Origin: a virus
Virus record (IMG/VR): IMGVR_UViG_3300012662_000001
Location: 1 to 64,000 of that record
Direction: 5' to 3' (one strand)
DNA: 64,000 nt
Both the position numbers and the translations under genes were made by a program. Of the stretch, positions 1 to 9,493 are shown one piece after another. Every line of letters starts with the position of its first letter. The first letter of the stretch is position 1. The notes beneath the pieces are model-generated. The model was given only the letters and a program-made list of their open reading frames with translations. It did not search any database and was not told the origin of the DNA.

Positions 1-10
1 CTTTGGTGAT

Positions 11-484
11 GTGAATTCTCAGGAATATCGTGACTGGAAAGAAAATATGGCTTGTGTGACCATTCATAATGGAGCGGTATTGAATTCTTTTACAGGGCGT
101 GACATATTGCGTAATGTAGGTGAATTTACGAAGTGTATTGCAGGTCAGGATGTGTGGGCGAAGTACACAATGCAGTCCCTATATTCACGAATAGCGTGTC
201 AGCCGTTTCGTTCGGACGTGTGTGTGCAGGGTGTCCGAGTGCTTATAGGGTCAGTGCGATTTAAGTGTGAAGCCCAGAGTATATTTGAACTCTTTAGGAA
301 TGTGACTGCTAATCTGGATAGTTTTGTGAATCCGTCCTTACATTTTATATTTTGTGATTATCATTCATTAAATTATGACGCTACAAGTAGTCACGTCAGT
401 GAAGCACTTGCACAGGCTGTGCTGGACACAGGGGAATACAGAGATGGTGATGATATCACTTGGTTGATAGACACAATGATATGA
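11..484 (+). CDS. hypothetical protein; frame is open to the window edge, so possibly 5'-truncated
   Basis: 157-codon ORF; its TGA overlaps the next ATG (ATGA at 481-484); no recognisable motif. Confidence 0.35.
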   Translation: MNSQEYRDWKENMACVTIHNGAVLNSFTGRDILRNVGEFTKCIAGQDVWAKYTMQSLYSRIACQPFRSDVCVQGVRVLIGSVRFKCEAQSIFELFRNVTANLDSFVNPSLHFIFCDYHSLNYDATSSHVSEALAQAVLDTGEYRDGDDITWLIDTMI

Positions 485-1959
485 GACAGGAATTTGAACA
501 GTATCTGCAGAGAAATCTGATGTCATACACGGAGGTCAGTCCTTATATGTATGAGATAGGGGGTAAAATCTTTGAACTCTATAAGCCTGACAATGACGGT
601 GCATTGTTTGATGATGACTTTAGGTTCACAGGCATTCCGGCCAATCCAGAGAGGTACACTTCCGCAGAGACAACAGTGGACACACAGTGTGACTTCTATG
701 CCTACAAGTTTGGAGGGGTGTGGTATATGCTCCCTAAGGATGACAGAGATAAGGTCAAGTTGAAACGTCTGAAATATTTCGGTGAAGCAGTGCAGGAGAT
801 TCCAACGCCTGTCTTTATGGGTGTTCACGGTCAGTATGAGATTATGTCAGGTTCTGGGACTTATGCTGATTGGTGTGCCAAGGCGAAGTTCTATGGTGTT
901 ACAACACTTGGCATCTGTGAAAGGAACACTCTGTCTGGAGCGTTGAAGTTTCAGGTGGAGTGTCAGAAAAATGGTCTGAAGCCTGTCATTGGGATGGAAT
1001 GCACGGTGTATGACACTGTTAAGGACTTCAGGTTCACGGCCAAGGTGTTTGTCAGGAACGAGGTAGGGTGGCAGAGCCTCCTCACTATGTCGGAAGCCAT
1101 CAACTGTGATAATCCTGGATATATTCCTCTTGATCAGTTTAAGGAGGAAATAAACCGAAATGCGGAAGGATTGGTGGTGGTTGCAGACCCCAAGACGACT
1201 GACTATGATAGGTTCGCTGAAATCGGCTTGAAAATTGACTATTATCAGCTTGACCCTGTCAGGTATGTGGAGGAATCTCGTGATGAGGTGTATCTTAAGA
1301 ACTTGAAGAAGTTTTATCACAGTGGTATGCTCGCTCTTCCTATGTCTGACGCTTGGTATCTGGATGAGGAGTACAGTTGCATTCGGGCGAGACTTGCAAG
1401 CATAGGAGGTTCCAACTTTTATGACAGTGATGATCAGTGGTTCAAACCGAATGACGTGCTATTCTGTCAGCTTGCTGATATGTTTCCAAGTACGGATGAT
1501 GGTCTGGGGCTTGCGTATCAGGATTTCTTGGATGCGCTTGAAAGATTTATGGACATTGCTGACGGTATTGACTTCACCATCGACACAACAAAGCGTCATC
1601 TTCCACGCTACATTATGACGAAGGACGAAGCCGCCAAGTATGCCACCAATGAAGATATGTTCTGGGGGCTTATTGATGAGGGACTTCAGCGACATCCGGA
1701 ATTGATTGAACAGTATGGTGAGGAGGTGGTGATGGAGCGTATTGATAGGGAAGTTGGTGTAATTAAATTGGGAGACACGATTGATTACTTCCTAATCACA
1801 AGAGATATCATTAATTGGTGTCATCAGAATGGTATTATGACAGGTATTTCCAGAGGTTCGGCCGGAGGATGCTTAATTTCGTATCTCCTTGGGATCACAA
1901 AACTGGATCCAATAGGTTATAATCTTCTTTTCGAGAGGTTCTTAAACGAGGGTCGTGTT
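481..1959 (+). CDS. dnaE: DNA polymerase III alpha subunit (DnaE-type), exon 1 (PHP domain to start of palm)
   Basis: SRGSAGGCLISYLLGITKLDPIGYNLLFERFLNEGRV matches the conserved DnaE block GSAAGS..GIT..DP...LLFERFLNPERV. Similarity ends at about 1959, followed by 53 unrelated codons and a stop at 2116-2118. ATG at 481 preferred over TTG at 460. Confidence 0.8.
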
Positions 1960-3080
1960 GGTTATTGGAAGGATGAACAGATTGTTACTATTGACTTTGA
2001 AGATGGTCGACAATTGGAATTCAATGCTAAAAAGAAACTTGTGGTGGAACGTAATGGTCAACATATAGAATTATGTGCGAAGAATTTTGAAGTCGGGGAC
2101 AATATACTTGCATATTGATAATGATTTTGTACCTTTGTAAAAAGAAATTAAGTTATGGAAGATTATTTATTAAAATGCGTAAATTACAGCATTGAGCCTG
2201 TACGATTTGATGGTACAAAATTTGTTTATCTTTATGAAACTACGAATTTATGTAATGGGCATATTTACATAGGAGTAAGAGTGTATGATGGTAATCATCC
2301 TGAGAATGATCATTACATTGGTAACGGTTGTGGCATTAGAGTGAAGTCTGGTGCATTGTATAAAAGGAAAGGTAAAGAAACATATTTTAGAAGGGAACTT
2401 TCTAAATGGGGGTATCTTAACTTTAAGAAGAAAATTATTTGTTATTTTACTTCACTTGACGATGCACTACTTTCTGAAAAGAATATTGTGAATGAGGATT
2501 TTCTTGCTCGTAAGGATGTGATGAATATGGTTGAGGGGGGAGGTTTTCCTCCTTATGGTTGTGGTGAAAGTAATAGTAATTACGGTCATTATTGGACAGA
2601 GGAACAGAAACAGGCTTTATCCAAGAAACGTAAAAAACGTGGAAAGAGCAAGGGGGCAAATAATCCAAAGGCTACAGAGTGTTGGGTTTATGATTTATGG
2701 ACTGATAAAATTCATCATTTGCCTTTTATGAATCAAGCTGTTCAAATGGGATTGGTTGATAGATTGGCTTGTGGTATGAATCGGCTTTATAATTTTAGAT
2801 ATCTTTTTACTTCAAAAGAAGTAGGTGATGTAGAAACTTATCTTATGGAAAATTGTAAACCAAAATATCGTGACACCTATAAATTAATTCAGTTGGTTAA
2901 GTCTGGAAAAACTCGTGATGAAATCCACGAAATGGGTATAGTTAATGGTGGATTTTTAGGTAGGTTTTTCACTAAATATGATAAATATGTCGAAGATAAC
3001 AAAAATTAAGATTGAGGACAGGAAGGGATTCGTGCGTGTTTCCCTTCCTGACGAGTAGCCCCCATCAGTGATGGTGGGGG
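1960..3080 (+). mobile_element. putative group I intron interrupting dnaE, carrying a GIY-YIG homing endonuclease ORF (splice sites approximate)
   Basis: The DnaE catalytic motif EIDTDF (3087-3104) lies in frame upstream of the first ATG (3138). That frame is closed by TGA at 3069-3071 and has no start codon. Exon 1 ends after a U (1959 or 1962). Strong hairpins at 3020-3049 and 3059-3080 end in G3080. The insert is AT-rich. Confidence 0.55.
2155..3009 (+). CDS. GIY-YIG family homing endonuclease (intron-encoded)
   Basis: N-terminal KFVYLYETTNLCNGHIYIGV (GIY...YIG spacing); later basic NUMOD-like repeats (YGHYWTEEQKQALSKKRKKRG); AT-rich relative to the flanks; sits inside a split dnaE. Confidence 0.7.
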   Translation: MEDYLLKCVNYSIEPVRFDGTKFVYLYETTNLCNGHIYIGVRVYDGNHPENDHYIGNGCGIRVKSGALYKRKGKETYFRRELSKWGYLNFKKKIICYFTSLDDALLSEKNIVNEDFLARKDVMNMVEGGGFPPYGCGESNSNYGHYWTEEQKQALSKKRKKRGKSKGANNPKATECWVYDLWTDKIHHLPFMNQAVQMGLVDRLACGMNRLYNFRYLFTSKEVGDVETYLMENCKPKYRDTYKLIQLVKSGKTRDEIHEMGIVNGGFLGRFFTKYDKYVEDNKN

Positions 3081-6065
3081 CAAAGTGAAATTGATACTGA
3101 TTTTCCCGGAGAAGACCGAGGAAAAGTCAAGCAGTATATGGAACAGCGGTTCGGAGAGGTTAATGTTTGTTCAGTGGGTACTTACTCCGCCTTGCAGTTG
3201 AGAGCGGCTATCAAGGATATGTCTCGTGTGTATGGTCTGGAGTTTCAGGAAGTGAATGATATGATGAAGCTCTTTGCCGTGGATGATCGCAAACCGGAGG
3301 ATCTCTTTAGGATAGCCTGTGCGCAGCCACGTGTGAAGAAGTTTGTTAAGGAACACCCTGACTTGGTGAATGAAGTGATGTTGATTATGCCAGCACCAAA
3401 GGCACGCTCTGTTCACGCCTGTGCCACTATGATATTTCCAAAGGAGCACGATATGTTTCACTGGACACCTATTCGCAAGCAGAATGGAGAGTATGTGACA
3501 GAGTGGGAGGGTGGTGAGATGGATGGCGCAGGATTCCTAAAGAATGACATTTTGGGTATCAAGCAACTGGATAAGTTTCAGAATATGGTACGTCTTGTCA
3601 AGGAAAATGAGGGTGTTGATGTGGATATCTTCAGTGTGCCACTTGATGATGTGGAGGTGTATCGCTACTTTCAGAACGGCTGGACGGAGGATAATTTTCA
3701 TTTTGGCTCTCGTGGTCTAACAGGCTACTGCAAGGAAATGAAACCAGAGAATATAGAGGACTTGATTGCGGCTATTGCTTTATATCGTCCTGGAGCGATG
3801 GAGAATGGTTTTCACACGGAGTATGTCAAGCGTAAGGAGGGTGCTCCTGTGAGTTACTTTGTGGGTTCTGAGGGGATTCTTTCTAATACTTATGGTATCT
3901 TCTGTATTGCGGAGAATAGTGATGTGCTGACTAAAAGAGGTCTTGTTAAGATTCAGGACATTGTTCCTGGAAGGGATAAAGTAAAGACAGAGGATGGTTC
4001 TTTTCAGACAGTGTATCTTAAGAAGGATAACGGTGTTAGAGGTGTCGTTGAAGTTCGAACGACTTTTGGTCGTTCAGTGCTCTGCACTCCTAATCATAAG
4101 TTTTTAACGAGAGAACGTGGTTGGCAGGAAGCACAGAATTTGCGGCATAATGAGGAAGTTTTGTGCTATTTTGAACAATCCTTAAGAAAGGATAATCTAA
4201 CTGAAAGGGAACGTCTTGAACATTGGTTGTTAGGGTATTTTCTTGCGGAGGGCAGTTGTGGTTCATCTCCATATCTTACTGTTACTAATCAGGAAATTGC
4301 TGAAAAAGTGTCCAGGATTATATTGGAACTTTTCCCATCTATGACAATGAGTGTTAATGTGAAAAAGATTGTTCATAAGTCAGGTCGGATTGGTACGACA
4401 ACACGAGTATATGTAAAACAGAAGGACGGTAACAATGGTTATTTTAATGTGAATTATGAGCCTAATCAGTTTGTTGCTTGGTTGAAAAAGTGGGGTGTTT
4501 GGGGTCAGAACTGTTACACCAAGAGACTTCCTAAGGATTATTCTTTGGATATGATTGTCGGCCTATTGGAGGGGGATGGTTGTATGAAGAATTATACTTT
4601 GCGTCTCTGTAACAAGGAACTTTCTATGGATGTTTATATGGGGTTGCAGTCTTATGGAATTCAGTCTTCATACAGAATTAATAAAAGCGGAATACCTATC
4701 GTAAGTTGGAATGATTTGAATCAGGAGTTCAATCTTCGTTTATTTAGTCATAAGAAGTTAGTGAGACCATCAACGGTGCATTCTGGTTATGGTAGAGTCC
4801 GTTCCATTATTCCTATGGGAGCACGAAGAGTGTATGATTTGAGTGTGGATAATGTTCATAGTTTTGTTGTAAATGGCTGTGTTGTAGCGAATTGCTTCCA
4901 GGAACAAATTATGGAATTGTGTAAACATCTTGGAGGACTTTCACTTGTGGAAGCAGATGACGTGCGAAAGGCGATGGTGAAAAAGAAGTATGAAGCACTT
5001 CATCAGTATCACCCAAGGTTTGTTGAAAATTATGTGACACAGTTTGGTGTGACGAATGAATATGCTGAGAATGCGTGGAGTGCGATTGACAAGGCCTCCT
5101 CCTATTTGTTTAATCGTTCACACGCTGTTGCATACGCTTTGACAGGTTATATCTCACAGTGGATGAAAGTTCACTATCCGATAGAATACTGGAGCGTGGC
5201 GTTTAAGGAAGCGATGACGGAGGACTATCCTCGCTACATTGCTGAGATTAACAAGACAGGTGTTTGCACGGTAAAGCCTGTGGACATCAATCTGTCAGGA
5301 ACAGGCGTGTATATTGACTTTACAGCCAGAACACTCTATTGGTCTGTTACAGGAGTGAAGCAGGTGGCTGAAAAGGCGGCCACACAGATACTCAAGGAGC
5401 GTGATGAGAATGGTAGATACTGGTCTCTGGATGATTTTGTGACACGCCACAAGTGGAAGGGATCAGCGGTGAACACGAGAGTGGTGCAGAACCTTATTCT
5501 CGCAGGGGCGTTTGATGACGTGGAGAACATCACTGATGCCTCTCAGAGGGTGGAACTGTTAATATCCTATCTGGCTTCCACGAAGAACAAGCTGAATGAG
5601 GATGATCCTATCATAGCAGGGTTTGACACTCACAGGAATGACGCTTGGTGGTGGCAACTTATGCAGAAAAAGCTCTCAGGACTTGCGTTCTTTGACTATG
5701 AGAATATCTACGACAAGGTGCGGCAGTTCTTTCCTGAGGACTATGAGTATCACACCTTTGAGGAATGCAGTGACGTTGAATATCGTCCTAACAGAGGATA
5801 TGTCATAGTCGGCGGCTATGTGTCAGCGGTTGATCTGAAGAAGACAAAGAAAGGTGACATTCTATGTCGCATAACACTGGAGAATAATTATGAGTTTCTG
5901 GACTTGGTTGTGTTTCAGACTGAATATGAAAGACTTCAGGAGGAGATTGCTGCAAGCAAGGATAATATCATATTCCTGAATGCAACGCTCTATTATGACG
6001 CACGAAATGACAAAAATGCCTTGAGGGCTGATATGGAGACCGCTATGGTGACATTTAAGTTATAA
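3081..6065 (+). CDS. dnaE: DNA polymerase III alpha subunit (DnaE-type), exon 2 (palm/fingers/OB), includes an intein
   Basis: In-frame QSEIDTDFPGEDR (catalytic Asp pair), GTYSALQLRAAIKDM, RSVHACA, NDILGIK, ALYRPG, TYGIF|CFQEQIMEL, ADDVRKAMVKKK, FNRSHAVAYA. All are DnaE-like blocks. Confidence 0.8.
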   Translation, partial: QSEIDTDFPGEDRGKVKQYMEQRFGEVNVCSVGTYSALQLRAAIKDMSRVYGLEFQEVNDMMKLFAVDDRKPEDLFRIACAQPRVKKFVKEHPDLVNEVMLIMPAPKARSVHACATMIFPKEHDMFHWTPIRKQNGEYVTEWEGGEMDGAGFLKNDILGIKQLDKFQNMVRLVKENEGVDVDIFSVPLDDVEVYRYFQNGWTEDNFHFGSRGLTGYCKEMKPENIEDLIAAIALYRPGAMENGFHTEYVKRKEGAPVSYFVGSEGILSNTYGIFCIAENSDVLTKRGLVKIQDIVPGRDKVKTEDGSFQTVYLKKDNGVRGVVEVRTTFGRSVLCTPNHKFLTRERGWQEAQNLRHNEEVLCYFEQSLRKDNLTERERLEHWLLGYFLAEGSCGSSPYLTVTNQEIAEKVSRIILELFPSMTMSVNVKKIVHKSGRIGTTTRVYVKQKDGNNGYFNVNYEPNQFVAWLKKWGVWGQNCYTKRLPKDYSLDMIVGLLEGDGCMKNYTLRLCNKELSMDVYMGLQSYGIQSSYRINKSGIPIVSWNDLNQEFNLRLFSHKKLVRPSTVHSGYGRVRSIIPMGARRVYDLSVDNVHSFVVNGCVVANCFQEQIMELCKHLGGLSLVEADDVRKAMVKKKYEALHQYHPRFVENYVTQFGVTNEYAENAWSAIDKASSYLFNRSHAVAYALTGYISQWMKVHYPIEYWSVAFKEAMTEDYPRYIAEINKTGVCTVKPVDINLSGTGVYIDFTARTLYWSVTGVKQVAEKAATQILKERDENGRYWSLDDFVTRHKWKGSAVNTRVVQNLILAGAFDDVENITDASQRVELLISYLASTKNKLNEDDPIIAGFDTHRNDAWWWQLMQKKLSGLAFFDYENIYDKVRQFFPEDYEYHTFEECSDVEYRPNRGYVIVGGYVSAVDLKKTKKGDILCRITLENNYEFLDLVVFQTEYERLQEEIAASKDNIIFLNATLYYDARNDKNALRADMETAMVTFKL
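3903..4892 (+). mobile_element. intein with LAGLIDADG homing-endonuclease domain inside DnaE
   Basis: Starts with Cys (CIAENSDVLT). Block B is TPNHKF. Two LAGLIDADG motifs (LLGYFLAEGS, IVGLLEGDGC). Ends ...HSFVVNGCVVAN followed by Cys+1. Excision restores TYGIF-CFQEQIM, equivalent to the DnaE YQEQ(V/I)M block. 330 codons, AT-rich. Confidence 0.85.
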
Positions 6066-6082
6066 CTAAAAGCACACGAATT

Positions 6083-6613
6083 ATGGTAATCACAACACAC
6101 TTTGCGAATGTTCCAGTGGAACTGGAGACCAACGGCTTTGACGGTCGCATAGACATAGATCGCCTGACAAGCATAGACTATCAGAATCTGTTCGGGGAGG
6201 CCGTTACGGTCAGCGCTTTGTTGAACAAGGTGGGTCTTCTCAGGGCAGAAGCTGAAAAGGCGGTGGCCGAGAAGAAACTGGAGAAGGATATCTATGAAGC
6301 AGACAGAAAGAAGTTTTATCGTAGACAGGCACAGAAGAATGGTGGCAAGTTTTTCTTTGACAACGATGAGATAAAGATGTCGGAGAAGGCTCTTGAGGAA
6401 GTCATCCTATTGGATGAGGATTATCAACAGTTGTCCTGTGAACTTATAGAAGCGCAGAAGAACTTCGCGATTTTGGATACGTTGCAGTGGTCAATCCAGG
6501 ATAAAAGTCGTAAATTGAATAATCTCTTGAAGCCTGTTACTCCAGCGGAATTTCTGCAGGAACTGGTGGAGGGGGAGGTGAACTCCTTTTTGATACGTAA
6601 GAAAGGATTTTAG
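6083..6613 (+). CDS. hypothetical protein (coiled-coil)
   Basis: 176-codon ORF tightly following dnaE; no motif recognised. Confidence 0.5.
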   Translation: MVITTHFANVPVELETNGFDGRIDIDRLTSIDYQNLFGEAVTVSALLNKVGLLRAEAEKAVAEKKLEKDIYEADRKKFYRRQAQKNGGKFFFDNDEIKMSEKALEEVILLDEDYQQLSCELIEAQKNFAILDTLQWSIQDKSRKLNNLLKPVTPAEFLQELVEGEVNSFLIRKKGF

Positions 6614-6631
6614 AAGAATTCTTGAAAAGTT

Positions 6632-6663
6632 CCTTGGATATTCCAGAAGAATGACTATCTTTG
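6632..6663 (+). promoter_or_regulatory. promoter/operator cassette P1 (CCTTGGATATTCCAGAA, then TATCTTTG -7 box)
   Basis: CTTG(-33), 19-nt spacer containing TGGA-TAT-TCCA, then TAnnTTTG. Followed by the TAATCATTAAGG leader and ATG at 6690. Confidence 0.6.
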
Positions 6664-6689
6664 CAGTGTAATCATTAAGGAACAAGGTT

Positions 6690-6956
6690 ATGAAAGCACT
6701 CACAAATAGTCAAATGGCACTTCTTATTCAGGAAAAGGTTCAGAATAATTTCTGTGAAATTGGAAAGGATTTCACTTATTTTGACACTGATATTAGGAAG
6801 GAACGTAAGGACATTCTTTGTGAAGTGAATTTTGTATGGTGTGGCAATATTTGCAAAGTGGGTTTGAGATTATATAGTTTTGGTTGGATTGGTTATAGAG
6901 AACTAACTCACGCAGATAGAAAGAAAGTGGAGAAAATGGTTAGGGAAATTCAGTAG
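6690..6956 (+). CDS. hypothetical protein
   Basis: 88-codon ORF directly behind P1. Confidence 0.5.
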   Translation: MKALTNSQMALLIQEKVQNNFCEIGKDFTYFDTDIRKERKDILCEVNFVWCGNICKVGLRLYSFGWIGYRELTHADRKKVEKMVREIQ

Positions 6957-6996
6957 AAAACACGTTTAATTATTAACAAATTCATAACAACGAATT

Positions 6997-8409
6997 ATGG
7001 CAAGTTTTAACAGAGACAGATTCAGGGCTACTCCCCTGTCAACGGTGAATTCAACTGTTACCGAGACAAAACAGTATGACACCTATTACGGTGGAAGCAG
7101 TGACTATGCACCGTTCTTTAAGAACGTGGATGGTGTGACCATTAAGAGGGTGCTTCCGGCACACGAGCCTGGAGACAGCCCCTATGTTCCTATGATGACC
7201 TCAATGCTTGAGTGTGAGGTTGAGGACAGAAAGGATGGTGTGGTTATCGGCAAGAAGATTGCCAAGAAGAAGATCTTCATTGCAACGCTTCACGCAGGAT
7301 CAAAGTACGACATCATTGATGAGTACATCAAGAGGGTCTATGCTCTTGCCGAGCAGTATCAGGACAAGGACGAGCGTAGTCGCTTCCTGAACCCTATTAC
7401 AGGGTATAGAATGGGTAAACAATGGGTGTCAGGTATTCGTCCACAGTTAGAGTATGTCTATTATGCTCTTATTAACGGACAGATTTATCGTGACAGTTTG
7501 AAACCGAAACAGATGGAAGCCCTTAACAAGGAATCCGCCGAGATGTGTGCCCAGGACGACACAGCCGCAATCGACATCTTTAGTGACCCTACAACTGGAT
7601 ACCCTATTCAGTGGTCACGAGAAAAGGACGAGAACGGTAAGACTGTTGAGGTGCTCAAGGCGTTGCCGCTTCCTCGCACAATGTCCTGGGATCAGTATTT
7701 CGAGAAGTATGCCGTTCCGGATAAGGTGCTGGAGGATCTTCTCAAACTTCCTTCACTGAAGAGTTTGTATGTCGGCTCCTATCGCAAGAAGGACTTCGAG
7801 TATGCGCTGGATGGCCTGAAGAGGTTTGATCAGAACAACAACTACAACATCTTCGCTGATGAGGACTATCTGGACTACATAGAGAAGGCCGAAACCGAGC
7901 TTTCCAAGAAGTGGGGTTTAGAGGAAGAAAGCAGTCCAGCTCCACAGCCAAGAGTAGCAGCATCTCAGGAGGAGACTCCATCGAAGCCGAAGCCTGTTGC
8001 AAAGAAGCCGACAGCTAAAAAGGCCACTTCGGAGGAGCCGACACTGGAACAGAAGTTGAAGGTCATCAACGAGGAGTTCATCAGACAGTATGGCAACGAG
8101 TATGAAGAAATCACCGCTGACGACTTGGGTGATGATCTTGATTCCACCTATGCTCTTGCTGTCAAGAGGGAGGATCTTGGCTACGACCTTGATCACGTTC
8201 CTGGATGGGACGCCAAGCCGGAGGTTTCATCAAAGCCGAAGCCAAAGGTAGCACCAAAGGTTGAGGAGACGAAGCCTGAATCTAAAGCAGCACCAGAGCC
8301 ACAGCCGCAGACCGCAGTCGCTCCACAGCCGACAGGCAGCACAACGGCACAATCCGCTCTTGAAAGAATCAAGGCTATGCGTGAGAGAGCCAAGCAGAAC
8401 AAGCAGTAA
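6997..8409 (+). CDS. hypothetical protein with Pro/Lys/Glu-rich low-complexity C-terminal half
   Basis: 470-codon ORF; terminator follows. Sits in the replication/recombination module, but no diagnostic motif was seen. Confidence 0.55.
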   Translation: MASFNRDRFRATPLSTVNSTVTETKQYDTYYGGSSDYAPFFKNVDGVTIKRVLPAHEPGDSPYVPMMTSMLECEVEDRKDGVVIGKKIAKKKIFIATLHAGSKYDIIDEYIKRVYALAEQYQDKDERSRFLNPITGYRMGKQWVSGIRPQLEYVYYALINGQIYRDSLKPKQMEALNKESAEMCAQDDTAAIDIFSDPTTGYPIQWSREKDENGKTVEVLKALPLPRTMSWDQYFEKYAVPDKVLEDLLKLPSLKSLYVGSYRKKDFEYALDGLKRFDQNNNYNIFADEDYLDYIEKAETELSKKWGLEEESSPAPQPRVAASQEETPSKPKPVAKKPTAKKATSEEPTLEQKLKVINEEFIRQYGNEYEEITADDLGDDLDSTYALAVKREDLGYDLDHVPGWDAKPEVSSKPKPKVAPKVEETKPESKAAPEPQPQTAVAPQPTGSTTAQSALERIKAMRERAKQNKQ

Positions 8410-8428
8410 CGAAGTGATGATATGATTG

Positions 8429-8459
8429 AGGGGTGGTGTTGATGCCACCCCTTTTATTT
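8429..8459 (+). terminator. rho-independent terminator
   Basis: GAGGGGTGG-tgttgat-CCACCCC followed by TTTTATTT. Confidence 0.7.
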
Positions 8460-8467
8460 CAATTCTT

Positions 8468-9493
8468 ATGAAACAACCTTTAGCGATAATTAGCACCGAT
8501 TGGCACATTAAGGCTGACAACAAGGAATCCATTTTGAACATTGCGAAGCAGGAGATTCAGTTGGCTCAAAATCGTGGTGTGGACACGATTATATGGCTTG
8601 GAGATATGTTTGACAGCAGAACAAGTCAGAGCCAGGAACTTCTCACTCTTATGGATAGCATCCTGAATCTGTACTATCTGGCAGGACTGACCATACACTG
8701 CATTCCTGGGAATCACGACAAGACGGACTATGGCGATAATAGGAGTTTCCTGACGGTGTTCAAGTATCATCCTAACTTTCATCTTCACGAGACGCCTGAT
8801 ATGGTGGACTTTGGTGTTGTGAAGTTCTGGTTTATGCCGTTCTATAGGCAGGATGCCTATCTGGAAAGATTTCAGATGTGTATGCCACTTGGCAGGTGTG
8901 TTTTGTTCAGTCACACGGCTATCCAAGGTTCAATTAATAACGACGGCAGCAAGGTGGAGTCACCTATTAATGCTTCACTGTTTGAGGGCTTTGAAAAGGT
9001 CTTTCTTGGACACTATCATAATAGGCAGCAGCCAGCGAGGAACATTTTTCACTTACCGAGTGTTCAACAGAACAACTTTGGAGAGGATGAGGATAAGGGT
9101 TTTACCGTTTTGTATGATGATTTGTCATTTGAATCCGTAAGGTCGGTTTTTAAGCCGTACAGAGAAATTGTGGTTGATGCACGGACGGTTACATCAGAAG
9201 AGCTTGCGGAACTTTCTAAATCGTCCGTTGAAGGGGTGAATTTGCGGCTTACGTTCACAGGAGATCAACAGGCTGTGAAGAAGATTGATCGCAAGAAGTT
9301 TTCAGCGGTTGGTATCAGTGTTCAGGTCAAGTATGATGACATTGACGTTGAGGATGCTGATGAGCCGCACGGCATTACGGTTCTGGACGGTTCAAGCATT
9401 GGCGAGCGGTTCGAGAACTTCTGCAAGGAAAAGGGTTATGACTATGTAAAGGGATATAAACTATTAAAGGAAATAATGGGATGGCAGGAATAG
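8468..9493 (+). CDS. sbcD: SbcD/Mre11-family nuclease (calcineurin-like phosphoesterase)
   Basis: ISTDWH, GDMFD, GNHDK and GHYH motifs in the canonical order. ATG at 8468 chosen because the upstream TTG lies inside the terminator. Confidence 0.8.
   Translation: MKQPLAIISTDWHIKADNKESILNIAKQEIQLAQNRGVDTIIWLGDMFDSRTSQSQELLTLMDSILNLYYLAGLTIHCIPGNHDKTDYGDNRSFLTVFKYHPNFHLHETPDMVDFGVVKFWFMPFYRQDAYLERFQMCMPLGRCVLFSHTAIQGSINNDGSKVESPINASLFEGFEKVFLGHYHNRQQPARNIFHLPSVQQNNFGEDEDKGFTVLYDDLSFESVRSVFKPYREIVVDARTVTSEELAELSKSSVEGVNLRLTFTGDQQAVKKIDRKKFSAVGISVQVKYDDIDVEDADEPHGITVLDGSSIGERFENFCKEKGYDYVKGYKLLKEIMGWQE

Noticed and set aside
1960-2118. The 53 extra codons after FLNEGRV as a genuine C-terminus of a naturally split polymerase (an intron-less homing-endonuclease insertion giving two polypeptides)
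   Set aside because: Still possible, but the second half would then have to start at ATG 3138, downstream of the in-frame catalytic EIDTDF motif, which would inactivate the polymerase. Splicing is the more economical reading. Flagged as needing RT-PCR.
6997-8409. Single-stranded DNA-binding protein, suggested by its position between the polymerase and SbcD/RecA
   Set aside because: I could not recognise an OB-fold SSB signature or an acidic C-terminal tail (the tail is basic). Left as hypothetical.
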